A stretch of 64,000 bases of DNA from an uncultured candidate division Zixibacteria bacterium (GCA_963817915.1 CAWFQL010000009.1:308271-372270), one strand, 5' to 3'. Positions 30,817 to 41,286 are shown, counted from the stretch's first letter. Numbers and translations are program-made. Notes: generated by a model from the letters alone, not told the origin.

Positions 30817-31736
30817 TTTACGAATGTGAGCCAATGATGTTTGTCGGTTTCGGGCTTTTCGAAGATATCGAAAAATGTCTTCTGCAATTTTGCCGTGATC
30901 GGGCCTCGTTTGCCAATACCGATTGAGATACCATCGATTTTCTTGATTGGTGTAATCTCAGCCGCAGAGCCGGTAAAGAAGACCTCATCGGCGATATAGA
31001 GAGCCTCGCGAGGAATCAATTCCTCGATGACCTTCATGCCCATATCCTCGGCGAGCTTGATAACGGTGTTTCGGGTGATGCCGGGGAGAATCGATGATCC
31101 GAATGGCGGCGTAATGATAGCGTTATCCCTGACAAGAAATATATTTTCGCCTGAGCCCTCGGAGACATGCCCATAAACATCGAGCGCGATCCCCTCGCTG
31201 TATCCATGCGCCCTGGCTTCGAGACGTATCAATTGGCTATTCATATAATTTGCCGATGATTTGGCCATAGCAGGCATGGTGCCGGGAGCGTTGCGACGCC
31301 ATGATGATACGCCGACATCGACGCCAATTTCCAGAGCTTCGGGCCCGAGATATTTCCCCCAGGGCCAGACAGCGATTGAAACGTTTATCGGCACTCCGGT
31401 AGGGTCAACGCCCAGGCTCGAATAGCCGCGATATACTAACGGACGGATATAGCAGGCATCCAATTTGTTTACTTTGATAAGGTCAATTATGGCCTGGTTT
31501 ATTTCATCCTTGGAAAATGGCACTTCGATGCGATATATTTTGCAGGAATTGAACATGCGGTCAGTATGTTCAGCCAAACGGAATATTGCCGGGCCTTTTG
31601 GGGTGGAATAGCACCTCGCGCCCTCGAATATCCCCGAACCATAATGTATAACATGCGATAAAATATGGATTTTGGCATCGTCCCAATTAACGAATTTGCC
31701 GTCCATCCAGATTTTTTCTGTTTTATTAAAAGCCAT
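30813..31736 (-). CDS. ilvE: Branched-chain amino acid aminotransferase
   Basis: HYGSGIFEG, YIRP, EGSGENIF, LPGITR. Confidence 0.95.
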   Translation of the reverse strand: MAFNKTEKIWMDGKFVNWDDAKIHILSHVIHYGSGIFEGARCYSTPKGPAIFRLAEHTDRMFNSCKIYRIEVPFSKDEINQAIIDLIKVNKLDACYIRPLVYRGYSSLGVDPTGVPINVSIAVWPWGKYLGPEALEIGVDVGVSSWRRNAPGTMPAMAKSSANYMNSQLIRLEARAHGYSEGIALDVYGHVSEGSGENIFLVRDNAIITPPFGSSILPGITRNTVIKLAEDMGMKVIEELIPREALYIADEVFFTGSAAEITPIKKIDGISIGIGKRGPITAKLQKTFFDIFEKPETDKHHWLTFVK

Positions 31737-31832
31737 TGTTCCTCCGTAAACTCATTATTTCAAAAATCAGATTACCAAAAGACACCATACAAATATTAAA
31801 TTAGTATACGAAGCAGGTTTCAATAATACAAC

Positions 31833-31865
31833 AAAAAATCGGCCGGATCGATGATCCAGCCGATT
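31833..31865 (-). terminator. Rho-independent terminator after the RRM gene
   Basis: Minus strand AATCGGCTGGATC-ATC-GATCCGGCCGATT-TTTT. Confidence 0.8.
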
Positions 31866-31891
31866 CTCTTAAAGACTTTTCAGCTTAAGGA

Positions 31892-32200
31892 TTAATAACG
31901 GTTTCTGCCGCCGCCGGAGCGACCGCCGCCGCCGCCGCCACGTCTTTCACTGCGTTCTTCGCGCGGACGGGCTTCGGAGACCTTTAACGGACGACCCTTG
32001 AGGTCCTTACCGTTTAGAGCGTCAATGGCTGCTTCGCCTTCGTTGTTGGCGGACATTTCGACAAATCCGAAACCTCTGGGGTCTCCTGTCTCTCTATCCT
32101 TAATAATCGTGACTTTCGATACCTGACCAAAAGCCTCGAATGCTGTTCTCAAATCGTCTTCATTTGTCTCGTAAGACAGATTGCCTACGTAAATGTTCAT
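31892..32200 (-). CDS. RRM RNA-binding protein with Gly/Arg-rich tail
   Basis: RNP2 IYVGNL, RNP1 RGFGFVEM. Confidence 0.95.
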   Translation of the reverse strand: MNIYVGNLSYETNEDDLRTAFEAFGQVSKVTIIKDRETGDPRGFGFVEMSANNEGEAAIDALNGKDLKGRPLKVSEARPREERSERRGGGGGGRSGGGRNRY

Positions 32201-32629
32201 TTGATTCCTCGTACTAAAGTTAAAATTTTGGTTATTTGAAAGAACATTTTTTCAGATCAATATACGAACCTCCCAGACATTAAAAAAGCGTCTTGATACA
32301 GATGAATAGCCATTCTATGATTTCCTCTGGTGAGGTTTTTGTGCTCTTTTTTGATTTCGAACTGACACTGAGTAAACTGACCTGCCGACAAAACTTATCC
32401 CCTGAAGTCCTTCTCATTGAAGGCGCGATAATTCAAATTTGGTAAAGATTGCATAATATCCTTAAGACATTCATCTAACAATTATTTTAGGGGAATTAAA
32501 TTTGGTCTTTGCAGTTCTGACGGTCTTTCTTTCCTAAAAAATCCACTTCTGTGTTTTATATAAGTAATAATACTCGATTTGTCAAGCTAAAGTTTGATTT
32601 ATTTTCTGAGCTTTCTCTCGATATCTCTT

Positions 32630-34024
32630 CTACTTGTGAATACCCGGTTCGGTCAAATCCCTCAAATTGAGGATCTCATCTATTTTATCGGTAGGAATAA
32701 GTTTTTCTTGAATAAGAATTTCGCGAATAGTCTTGTTTTCGGCATAAGATCGCTTGGCGACCTCGGCCGCCTTCATGTAACCGATTATCGGGTTTAACGC
32801 CGTGACTATCGCCGCCGATGATTCCGCGTAGGCTTTACATTTCTCGGCATCGGCCCGTAACCCGGTAAGGCACAAACGGGTAAAGACATCAATCCCATGA
32901 GTTAGAACCGTCAATGAATCCGGCAATTTGTATGCAACCAGCGGCATCATAACGTTCAGGTCAAGCTGGCCGGCAGCCGACGCCCAGAGAATCGCGGTAT
33001 CATTGCCGATAACCGAGAAACAGACCATATTTAGCATTTCAGCCATAACAGGATTGACTTTGCCCGGCATTATCGACGACCCCGGCTGTAATGTCGGCAA
33101 AAGCAGTTCGCCCAGCCCCGTTCTTGGCCCTGATGCCATCAGGCGGAAATCATTGGCAATTCTGGATAAATCCTGGGCCAGATCGCGCAATGCCGATGAC
33201 AGCTTGATCGCCGGAGCCAATGATTGCATTGCTTCGAAGTAATTTTTCGCCGGACGAATATTAAATCGCGTCAATTGAGCCAGGTTTTTGGCGACATTAT
33301 CACGATAATCGGGATGGCAATTAAGCCCTGTACCAGCGGCTGAACCGCCGAAGCCGATTTCCTCTAATTCGGACGACGCCGATTTAATCCATTCGATATG
33401 CCTCTCTATAGTTCTGGCATATCCCGAGAATTCCTGCCCGAGGCGTATCGGCACGGCATCCTGCAGATGAGTCCTTGCGGATTTGATGATATCATCGAAT
33501 TCATTGGCTTTATATTCAAAACCTTTTTTGAGAGCGTCAAGACCCGTAATAAGCTCTATCGATAATTTTAGCCCTGCAATCCGAATCGCTGTCGGTATAA
33601 AATCATTGGTTGATTGCGACATGTTGACAGTGTCATTGGGATGAATAGGCTTATATGAACCTTTGGGAGAGCCGAGCAGTTCGTTAGCTCGATTGGCTAT
33701 AACCTCATTGCAGTTCATATTATGCGATGTCCCGGCGCCGGCCTGGAATATATCGACCACGAATTGATCGAGCATCTTGCCACGCAGGATTTCATCGCAG
33801 GCGCTCATCATGGCATCGGCCTGCTCTTTCTCGATAAGCCCGAGATTGCGATTAGAAAGTATGGCGGCTTTTTTGGTAATAATCGATGCCCAGATAAAAG
33901 CCGGATGGGCATTGATGCCGGATATCTTGAAATTCGCGACAGCGCGTTGAGTTTGAGCGCCCCAATATGCCTCGGATGGTACCTCGACCTCGCCCAATGA
34001 ATCTTTTTCTATTCTGAATTCCAT
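32630..34024 (-). CDS. aspA: Aspartate ammonia-lyase / class II fumarase family (motifs closer to AspA)
   Basis: GSSIMPGKVNP, QAGAGTSHNMN, QSTND. Confidence 0.75.
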   Translation of the reverse strand: MEFRIEKDSLGEVEVPSEAYWGAQTQRAVANFKISGINAHPAFIWASIITKKAAILSNRNLGLIEKEQADAMMSACDEILRGKMLDQFVVDIFQAGAGTSHNMNCNEVIANRANELLGSPKGSYKPIHPNDTVNMSQSTNDFIPTAIRIAGLKLSIELITGLDALKKGFEYKANEFDDIIKSARTHLQDAVPIRLGQEFSGYARTIERHIEWIKSASSELEEIGFGGSAAGTGLNCHPDYRDNVAKNLAQLTRFNIRPAKNYFEAMQSLAPAIKLSSALRDLAQDLSRIANDFRLMASGPRTGLGELLLPTLQPGSSIMPGKVNPVMAEMLNMVCFSVIGNDTAILWASAAGQLDLNVMMPLVAYKLPDSLTVLTHGIDVFTRLCLTGLRADAEKCKAYAESSAAIVTALNPIIGYMKAAEVAKRSYAENKTIREILIQEKLIPTDKIDEILNLRDLTEPGIHK

Positions 34025-34057
34025 GCTTGCTCCTCAAATATGACGCAACATGTTAAT

Positions 34058-34478
34058 AGTGGCGACAGGTCTCCGCACCTGCCGCATTAGCAGGAATTTC
34101 GTCGGGTACGGCGACCCGACGACACGGAAAATGGTACCTCGACCTTGCCCAATGAATCTTTTTCTATTCTGAATTCCATGCTTTTCTCCCGCAAAAGAGC
34201 GAATGACTGTGACACTGACTTTTCCCGCTGTCGCGGAGGGGGTTTACGGCAGCAAGCTCGCCACAGCCATTCGCCTTCTACTGTATTTGAAAACGGATTT
34301 CAAGATATATTTGTTCCGCTGGGGCTACAATAGCCTGTGGTGTCGGGTCGCCTGACCGAGCACAAGGGCAACAGGCGGGTGAGGCCACCCGACTGCACTC
34401 TGAGCAATAAATTTGTGGTGTCGGGTCGCCTGACCCGACACAATGGCTGGGTTCGAATGACGCCACCCGACTACACTC
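34058..34478. repeat. REP cluster (families D, D', E) containing a 53-nt copy of the aspA 5' end at 34131-34183
   Basis: D doublet 34058-34125; GTGTCGGGTCGCCTGACC at ~34339 and ~34418; CGGGTGAGGCCACCCGAC at ~34376. Confidence 0.85.
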
Positions 34479-34523
34479 TATAATTTTATTTGCCGTTCGA
34501 TCTATGGAAGTATCATATTTTGA

Positions 34524-35333
34524 TTATTCGTTAATAGCTTTTCCGCAATGAGGGCAGATAGATTTCTTTGAATTTTTTTGACGAATTTCATCAACAAATC
34601 CAGATCCCAATATGCCGGCCGGCAATGCAAATAAACCTATCCCTAGAATGGCTATACAAGCTCCTAACAATTTCCCAAGGGCTGTCACTGGATATATATC
34701 CCCGTATCCGACAGTGGTTAACGTAATTATGGCCCACCACATCGCCGCCGGAATGCTGGAAAATGCCTTGGGCTGGACATCGTATTCTACTAAGTACATC
34801 AAGCTCGATGTGATAATAAGGAGAATAATCACTGCAAAAGCTGTAGTCATTAGTTCGCTCTTTTTGGCATTCATAACTTTTAAAATTGTCCTTAAAGACT
34901 CAGTATATCTACCGAGCTTAAATATTCTGAAAAGGCGAATTAGCCTCAGTGCCCTTAAGAATCTCATATCAAACGGTATCAAGAGCGGGAGATAAAAAGG
35001 CAAAATTGCAAGTAAATCTGTTATCGCAAAAGGAGTGATAATATAATGAATTCTTCCGCTTATCGGTTTTCGAAATTCATTATGTTCAGTGCAGCTCCAA
35101 ACTCTAACAGCATATTCAATTGAGAATATAATTACCGAGACTATTTCAAAGGTTTTAAAATATGAATTATATTCTATTGAAAGCGTTTGGATTGACTCTA
35201 AAATGACTGCAAGAACATTTAGGCTGATAAGAATGAATAAAGCAATATCAAATGCCCGACTTAGCTTATCCCCATCAACGGCGACATCAACAATATCATG
35301 GAGCCGTTTTTTCAATTTGCGTAAATTGTTCAT
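34524..35333 (-). CDS. Voltage-gated potassium channel (6TM) with C-terminal CPHC
   Basis: TTVGYGD filter; S4 RFLRALRLIRLFRIFKLGR. Confidence 0.93.
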   Translation of the reverse strand: MNNLRKLKKRLHDIVDVAVDGDKLSRAFDIALFILISLNVLAVILESIQTLSIEYNSYFKTFEIVSVIIFSIEYAVRVWSCTEHNEFRKPISGRIHYIITPFAITDLLAILPFYLPLLIPFDMRFLRALRLIRLFRIFKLGRYTESLRTILKVMNAKKSELMTTAFAVIILLIITSSLMYLVEYDVQPKAFSSIPAAMWWAIITLTTVGYGDIYPVTALGKLLGACIAILGIGLFALPAGILGSGFVDEIRQKNSKKSICPHCGKAINE

Positions 35334-35410
35334 TTTAATTGTAGAATGGCTCTTCTAAGTTCAATCTCTCAATTGTGCAAGATTTAAAGTTTCAAATATG
35401 CTCTATTGGG

Positions 35411-35438
35411 ATTATAGCTTAGCTAAATAGAATGTCAA
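35411..35438 (-). promoter_or_regulatory. sigma70 promoter of the K+ channel gene
   Basis: TTGACA-16 nt-TATAAT on minus strand. Confidence 0.7.
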
Positions 35439-35671
35439 TATTATTTTGGGTATTTTTTATGCCCCGAATTCTTTTGAAATTATGGGAATATCATCAATGC
35501 GGGTGAGACCACCCGACTACATATCGAATTAACGGTCATGAATTCCTGAGAGCCCAAAACTCCAAAATCTGAATTGACAAATCGGGCAAATACTCTATAT
35601 TATTTTAAAGATTGTTATTGGGTTTGATAGACACTGCCCTGAAATAATAAAATAATTCCGGGGAGGAAATT

Positions 35672-37249
35672 ATGTCGAAAATTATCATATTTGCGGCCAT
35701 AGTTTTCCTATTCGCTATTCCCTTAGCTTACGGACAACTATGGGTAGATACATCGTGGGTACAATTCTTCAGCACTGATGCCGGAACCAATACGCCCGTA
35801 AAAATAGCATTGGATTCCAACGGGAACGTTATTGCTATTGGGAATCACCGGCTCGATTACAGCCATATGAATCAATTCATCGTAAATTATTCATACTATG
35901 GCGATTTGAATTGGTCCAACGGGTTTGAAAGTCCATACTATTATTCCAATACAGTCAATAGCATCGTCCTTGATAATAATCATAACGCTTACATTGTCTG
36001 CGGAATGTCAGGCGATATTCTGATCGCGAAGTACCTGGCAAATGGCGACACATCCTGGGTTCGTAGCCTTAGAATGGGCGATGATTGTTTCGGACGGAAG
36101 ATCATGCTCGATGGCGACGGCAATATAATTATAGCCGGTTCATATCACACGGAAGTAATAGACCAGGTCTTGTTGATAAAATACTATCCCAATGGCGATT
36201 TGGCCTGGATCAAGCCTCAAAATCAAATGATGTGGCCGATCGACGCTGTAATGGATAGCCAGGGCAATATATGTGTCACCGGGCTCGGATTCGGGGATAT
36301 CGCAACAGCCAAGTATTCGCCTGATGGTGACTCACTCTGGATGGTTCGTTATAACGGCCCCGCAAATGGATATGACCAGCCCAGCAAGATGGCAATCGAT
36401 TCAAACGACAATATCATAATCACCGGATGCACCAATTTCGATTATAGAAACAGATCATCGGGCGATATGGTTACGATGAAATACAATCCATCCGGCGATA
36501 CGCTCTGGACCAGAATTGTCAATGGCTCCGAATTTAATTCGCTTTTGGATATCAGCAATGACGTCTTGGTAGATAATGGCGGTAATGTCTATATAACCGG
36601 ATCGATTATGTCGGAAGAATTGGGCCAGCTTTGCCTTACAAAAGAATACGATCCGAATGGCGGCGATGTCTGGACAAGAATCTTCAGTGTCGGTTCATCG
36701 GGAAGCGAAGGGCGGGCGCTGACTCTCGATAATTTAGGCAATCTATATGTCACTGGATTGAGTAACGAACAGATCGCTACTTTTAGTTACGATCTTATTG
36801 GAGAATTGAGATGGTCCAAATTGTACAGCCCCGGTTACGGACCCTGTCTTGGCGGTAACGATATCGCGGTCGATTACATTGGCAATGTCATAGTCACCGG
36901 CGAATGCGGCGATTCTACGGCTAGTGATATGGTCACAATCAAATATCATCAGACCCGTATTGGGATAGACGATAATCCACTGCCTGAGAAATTGTTCAGC
37001 CTCAGCAATTACCCGAACCCATTTAATAGCACTACTCGTCTATCCTATGATATTCCGTTCGCTGCCAATGTTGCGATTTCGGTTTATAATATGCTGGGGC
37101 AAAAGGTTGCCGTATTGGCTGATGGTTTCCAGAATGCGGGATCGTATAAGTTGAATTGGAATGCTGACAAAATCCCATCGGGAATATATTTTGTCAGAAT
37201 AAACTTCAATCAGAAATCAGAAATCGTCAAAACAGTCTTGCTGAAATAA
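35672..37249 (+). CDS. Secreted SBBP-type beta-propeller protein with C-terminal T9SS-CTD/FlgD-like domain
   Basis: Repeats of D..GN.Y.TG / KY...GD..W; tail NYPNPFNST...TVLLK; GGAGG RBS. Confidence 0.85.
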   Translation: MSKIIIFAAIVFLFAIPLAYGQLWVDTSWVQFFSTDAGTNTPVKIALDSNGNVIAIGNHRLDYSHMNQFIVNYSYYGDLNWSNGFESPYYYSNTVNSIVLDNNHNAYIVCGMSGDILIAKYLANGDTSWVRSLRMGDDCFGRKIMLDGDGNIIIAGSYHTEVIDQVLLIKYYPNGDLAWIKPQNQMMWPIDAVMDSQGNICVTGLGFGDIATAKYSPDGDSLWMVRYNGPANGYDQPSKMAIDSNDNIIITGCTNFDYRNRSSGDMVTMKYNPSGDTLWTRIVNGSEFNSLLDISNDVLVDNGGNVYITGSIMSEELGQLCLTKEYDPNGGDVWTRIFSVGSSGSEGRALTLDNLGNLYVTGLSNEQIATFSYDLIGELRWSKLYSPGYGPCLGGNDIAVDYIGNVIVTGECGDSTASDMVTIKYHQTRIGIDDNPLPEKLFSLSNYPNPFNSTTRLSYDIPFAANVAISVYNMLGQKVAVLADGFQNAGSYKLNWNADKIPSGIYFVRINFNQKSEIVKTVLLK

Positions 37250-37276
37250 AGCAGAATTACCTGAAGATATCCTATA

Positions 37277-37518
37277 TAGGGGCGGGTTTTGAAACCCGCC
37301 CTTACATTAACTACTTTAATTGAGCAGTCGAAGGTTGGGGTTGAAAATCCCGACGACTCGGTTTTTGACCATGCACTAACAGAAAGCAATTAGGCAGTCG
37401 GGTGGGGCCACCCGACTGCACTCCGAGTATAAAAAAAAGAACACGCTTGTTGTGTTGGGGTGCCTGACCCGATACAAAGGCAGCGTTCAGGTGAAGCCAC
37501 CCGATTGAACTCCGAGCA
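37277..37518. repeat. REP cluster (GTAG-type, E and D' families)
   Basis: GGGGCGGGTTTTGAAACCCGCCC; GTCGGGTGGGGCCACCCGAC; degenerate copies. Confidence 0.8.
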
Positions 37519-37521
37519 TGA

Positions 37522-37550
37522 AAAAAAGGGCGCTCGTGTGAACGCCCTTT
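37522..37550 (-). terminator. Terminator of the ECF operon
   Basis: AAAGGGCG/CGCCCTTT stem with T7 on the minus strand. Confidence 0.75.
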
Positions 37551-37575
37551 GAGATTGAAACCAAAGACGGAATAG

Positions 37576-38214
37576 CTATTTATCTTCTTTTTCGCCTTCT
37601 TTTTCGTCATCATTCATTTTGATAATTCGGATTTCCTTCTTGTCTCCATGTCCCATCTTCATGCCGCCCATATCGCATCCCGGCATTCCCATTTCCATAC
37701 CCATGCCCATTCCCGGACCGCACCCCATTTCGCCACCGCCGCAACATCCTTTTTCTCCACGGCCGAATTTCATCATATGCTTTTCAAAGCCTCTGGGGCC
37801 GCCATGCATCTTGACAGCCTTGGCAAGCTGCTCGTCGGTCAACACTTTACGCATCGCCAAACGATTTTGCATTTTTGCCTTGGCGATATCCGCTTTGATC
37901 TTCGAAATCTTATCAACCTGGTTCAACGCCGCCTTTTCATCGACCTTTGTCTTCATCATGATTTCACGAAGCTCGAGCTGCGCCAGTTTGAGATCGGCTT
38001 TTGTCTGAACCATGGCTTTTTGATGCTGGAGCATCAGATTCTGCATCGATTCTTTCTGCTGGTCGGTGAGATTCAATTGATCTCCCGTCGCCATCTTGTC
38101 TCCCATACCCATCATTGCTGGCGGTTGGGCAGAGGCGGATACTATAGCTAAAGCCAATAGAATCATAGTTAGTAATGCTGTCTTTTTCATCATCATCCCT
38201 TCTTGTTTAATCAT
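37576..38214 (-). CDS. Spy/CpxP/ZraP-like periplasmic protein with Met/Gly/Cys-rich tail (start probably ~38190-38196)
   Basis: Signal peptide; LNLTDQQ and VLTDEQ (LTxxQ) motifs; tail GCCGGGEMGCGPGMGMGMEMGMPGCDM. Confidence 0.8.
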   Translation of the reverse strand: MIKQEGMMMKKTALLTMILLALAIVSASAQPPAMMGMGDKMATGDQLNLTDQQKESMQNLMLQHQKAMVQTKADLKLAQLELREIMMKTKVDEKAALNQVDKISKIKADIAKAKMQNRLAMRKVLTDEQLAKAVKMHGGPRGFEKHMMKFGRGEKGCCGGGEMGCGPGMGMGMEMGMPGCDMGGMKMGHGDKKEIRIIKMNDDEKEGEKEDK

Positions 38215-38713
38215 CCCTGTTTCTCATTCCACCGCCTTTGAAATCCCGGCGGATATCTTGAATAATTTCCTGCATTCTCTGCTTAAATCGTTCCTCAAAC
38301 ACCAGCCATTTGGCCATCTGCTTCTGGCTCAGGACTCCTGAGATATCATTAAAGAGTTTTTCCCGTTCGACCATCGATTGTCTGCCTAAATCGATTAATT
38401 GTTTTGTCGATTCCACGATCTCTTGATCACTGGAATTAGAGTCATTGGCCAGCCGGTCGAGCTTATCGGTAATTTCATTTTTTCTCATTTCCAGAGCTTC
38501 AATAGCATCCTGATGCTTATTGTAGATGGGGAAAAATTTTTCCGACTGCTCCGGTGTCAGACCGACTACTTCAGTAAGTCTCCAGACCTTGATTGTTTTA
38601 ACTTTTTCGCGAATTCGCTCTCTCATTGGGCCGCCGGGCGGTCCCGGTTGCGCCAGTACTGTAGCTGCCATTAGCATTATCAGAATAAATAATGCGGGGC
38701 GTGCTTCTCTCAT
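38207..38713 (-). CDS. Periplasmic helical LTxxQ (Spy/CpxP-like) protein
   Basis: Signal peptide; GLTPEQSEKFFPIY, VLSQKQ. Confidence 0.7.
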   Translation of the reverse strand: MREARPALFILIMLMAATVLAQPGPPGGPMRERIREKVKTIKVWRLTEVVGLTPEQSEKFFPIYNKHQDAIEALEMRKNEITDKLDRLANDSNSSDQEIVESTKQLIDLGRQSMVEREKLFNDISGVLSQKQMAKWLVFEERFKQRMQEIIQDIRRDFKGGGMRNRDD

Positions 38714-39318
38714 CCTGCCCTCCCATTTATATTCTCGAGTTTGTTATAAAGTTCACTTAATTCTTCTTCCGACATTGTTTGCAATATCTCGCTGATTTCA
38801 GTATTTTTCATTAACTCATCTTCCGCCTGATCGAATTCCCTGGGACTGTCCGCCATCGATTTTATGAATTCCCCGCTTAGGCTGTCCGATGAAAAAATGT
38901 CATCAAAACTAAACAGTCCCAGATCGGTATTCAAGGATATCGCGTAATTATCAGTGCCTTGTGTGTGATCCACATTGATCATCTGAGGCACATACAAAAA
39001 CCCCAATATCGCGACTATTACCGTGGCAGGAATCCATCCCCATCTGGGAATCCAGGATAAATGACTGATGATGGATTTTTGTCTGATTCTATCGGCGCCG
39101 GATTTCGCCTTGATGCTCTCGAATGTTATGCCTTCGAGCTCGTGAGCCCTGATGACAAATTTCTGGCTATCGAGCGCGGACTTCAGGTTGAATAACTCAT
39201 CCTGATACGCCGAACATTCCGGGCAGCTTCCAGCGTGGCCGAGCAACTCAGCAGGAATCTCGGCCTTGCCATTCTTGAATAGATCTTCGATTTTATCTCT
39301 AAATTGGCCGCATCTCAT
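38710..39318 (-). CDS. Zinc-binding anti-sigma factor (HxxxCxxC) with one TM helix
   Basis: MRC...HAGSCPEC; TM WGWIPATVIVAILGFLY; overlaps the sigma factor stop. Confidence 0.8.
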   Translation of the reverse strand: MRCGQFRDKIEDLFKNGKAEIPAELLGHAGSCPECSAYQDELFNLKSALDSQKFVIRAHELEGITFESIKAKSGADRIRQKSIISHLSWIPRWGWIPATVIVAILGFLYVPQMINVDHTQGTDNYAISLNTDLGLFSFDDIFSSDSLSGEFIKSMADSPREFDQAEDELMKNTEISEILQTMSEEELSELYNKLENINGRAG

Positions 39319-39875
39319 AATACATCTCCGGTTAACAATGATGCCAATCCGGTTTGCAATTTTTTTATCGCCTGATGATAATTCGCCTTCACAGCGCCTT
39401 CGGTTATTCCTAATGCTTTGGCGATCTCGGCATTCGATTTCTCTTCATAATATCTGAGAACAAAAACCATCCTCTGCCTTGCCGGTAATTTTGAGACTGC
39501 CTGGTCGACCTGCTTATTAATCTCAGCATTCGTAACACTATCCGCCGGGCTGGCGCTGTCATATAGATCAGGTGAATCTTCTATGGATTGCAGTGATGAT
39601 GTATGACTTCGCGATTTGTGGTTCAATGCCAGATTGACAGCGATTTTATAGAGCCACGTATAAATCCCCGAATCGCCTCGAAACGATTCGCGCGAACGGT
39701 AGGCTCGTATAAAAGTCTCTTGTGTCAAATCGAGAGCGTCATCTCTATTTCGAACATATCTTAAGAGCAAGAGAAAGATCCTTTCCTTAAAATCACCGAC
39801 TGCCTTCTGGAAAGTCTCGTCATCCAAAATTCCCCGCGTTTTCTGGTTTTCCATCGACTCCAATGGATTAGACAC
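39315..39875 (-). CDS. ECF sigma factor (RpoE-like)
   Basis: DLTQETFIRA, YTWLYKIAVN, LPARQRMVFVLRYYE, EIAKALGITEGAVKA. Confidence 0.93.
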   Translation of the reverse strand: MSNPLESMENQKTRGILDDETFQKAVGDFKERIFLLLLRYVRNRDDALDLTQETFIRAYRSRESFRGDSGIYTWLYKIAVNLALNHKSRSHTSSLQSIEDSPDLYDSASPADSVTNAEINKQVDQAVSKLPARQRMVFVLRYYEEKSNAEIAKALGITEGAVKANYHQAIKKLQTGLASLLTGDVL

Positions 39876-39922
39876 CTCTTTCAGTCCGCAGGTTTAATGT
39901 GATTTGAAGGACAAGTTAAGTC

Positions 39923-40996
39923 TTAGTCGCGGCTTGACTTGGAAAGGACTTTTGAGAATAAACGGATATTCTCCAGGCATTTACCTGTGCCTCGTACAAC
40001 GCATGTCAAGGGGTCATCGGCGACAAGCACCGGCAGGTTAGTTTCCTGCCTGAGTCTCTTATCGAGACCGCGAATCAGGGCTCCTCCGCCGGTCATGATA
40101 ATTCCACGATCCAGAATATCGGAGGCTAATTCGGGCGGTGTTTGTTCCAATGCCATTCTAACAGCGTCAATTATAGCGGAAATAGGTTCCGCGAGGGCTT
40201 CCCGTATCTGACCGGATGTAATTTTCATTGTCTTGGGTACTCCGGCGACGAGATCACGGCCTTTGATTTCCATGCTCTCTTCTTTTTCAAGCGGGTAGGC
40301 GGATCCTATTTTGCATTTTATCTCTTCGGCGGTTCTTTCGCCGATAAGCAGATTATAATTCTTCTTTAGATAAGTAACTATGGCCTCATCGAGCTCATCG
40401 CCGGCAATACGGATCGAGGTATTATTGACAATACCATTAAGGGCGATAACCGCGATTTCCGATGTTCCGCCGCCGATATCGATAATCATCGAACCCGATG
40501 GCTGATCGACCGGCAAGCCGACACCGATAGCGGCCGCCATTGGCTCGGCGAGAAGATATACTTCTCTGGCGCCGGCATTCTCGGCTGAATCGCGCACGGC
40601 TCGCTTTTCCACTTCGGTAATTCCCGATGGGACAGATATGATAATTCGAGGTTTCATCAGATAGCGATGCTTGACGACTCGTCTGATGAAATCGGAAAGC
40701 ATTTTCTCGGCAATTTCAAAATCGGCAATGACGCCATCTTTCATAGGGCGAATCGCCGTAATCTCGAATGGTGTGCGGCCGATCATTTCCTTCGCCGCAA
40801 TACCAATAGCCAATATCTTCTTGGTGCGATTTTCAATCGCAACCACAGATGGCTCATTTAAAACAATTCCCTGGTCCTTCACGAACACGAGCGTGTTGGC
40901 AGTACCAAGGTCTATTCCAATATCGTTAGTCAATAATCCGAACAATGATGATTTCTCTACTGCTTCGCCTCTTTTGGCCTCTAAAACTGCATCCAT
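39923..40996 (-). CDS. mreB: Rod-shape protein MreB (start uncertain, ~40946-40996)
   Basis: [30 protein letters not shown]. Confidence 0.95.
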   Translation of the reverse strand: MDAVLEAKRGEAVEKSSLFGLLTNDIGIDLGTANTLVFVKDQGIVLNEPSVVAIENRTKKILAIGIAAKEMIGRTPFEITAIRPMKDGVIADFEIAEKMLSDFIRRVVKHRYLMKPRIIISVPSGITEVEKRAVRDSAENAGAREVYLLAEPMAAAIGVGLPVDQPSGSMIIDIGGGTSEIAVIALNGIVNNTSIRIAGDELDEAIVTYLKKNYNLLIGERTAEEIKCKIGSAYPLEKEESMEIKGRDLVAGVPKTMKITSGQIREALAEPISAIIDAVRMALEQTPPELASDILDRGIIMTGGGALIRGLDKRLRQETNLPVLVADDPLTCVVRGTGKCLENIRLFSKVLSKSSRD

Positions 40997-41218
40997 TACG
41001 TCCCATCCGCGCAATAATATGGTTAACGATTCGAAATTACAACCTCTTTTTTTAATAATATTCGGCAAAATTCGAAGTATCTTAACGCTATTACCATTAA
41101 CTATTTGCAGATATGTTAAATTTTTAATCATCTTTTGAAGGTTTTGTCCAAAATCCCGCCAAATCGGCGAAAAATCGTATTTTCGCGTCGCTGAGGTCAT
41201 GTCGAGAACATGGTTGCT

Positions 41219-41286
41219 GGGCGGCAGTCATCATCGACTGCCCCAAACGCTCATGTCCTAAGGGGCAGCTGAGGACAGCTGCCGCC
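41219..41286. repeat. REP doublet, family G
   Basis: GGGCGGCAGTC...GACTGCCCC ... GGGGCAGCTG...CAGCTGCCGCC; similar to 23083-23150. Confidence 0.8.

Noticed and set aside
34145..34466. Short ORFs 34145-34333 and 34278-34466
   Set aside because: Translations of REP palindromes and the aspA stub; no protein features.
37311..37613. 100-aa minus-strand ORF
   Set aside because: Runs through a terminator and a REP cluster and overlaps a real gene end.
40997..41200. N-terminal extension of MreB in the ORF track
   Set aside because: MreB homology begins near 40945; the extension is AT-rich leader-like sequence.
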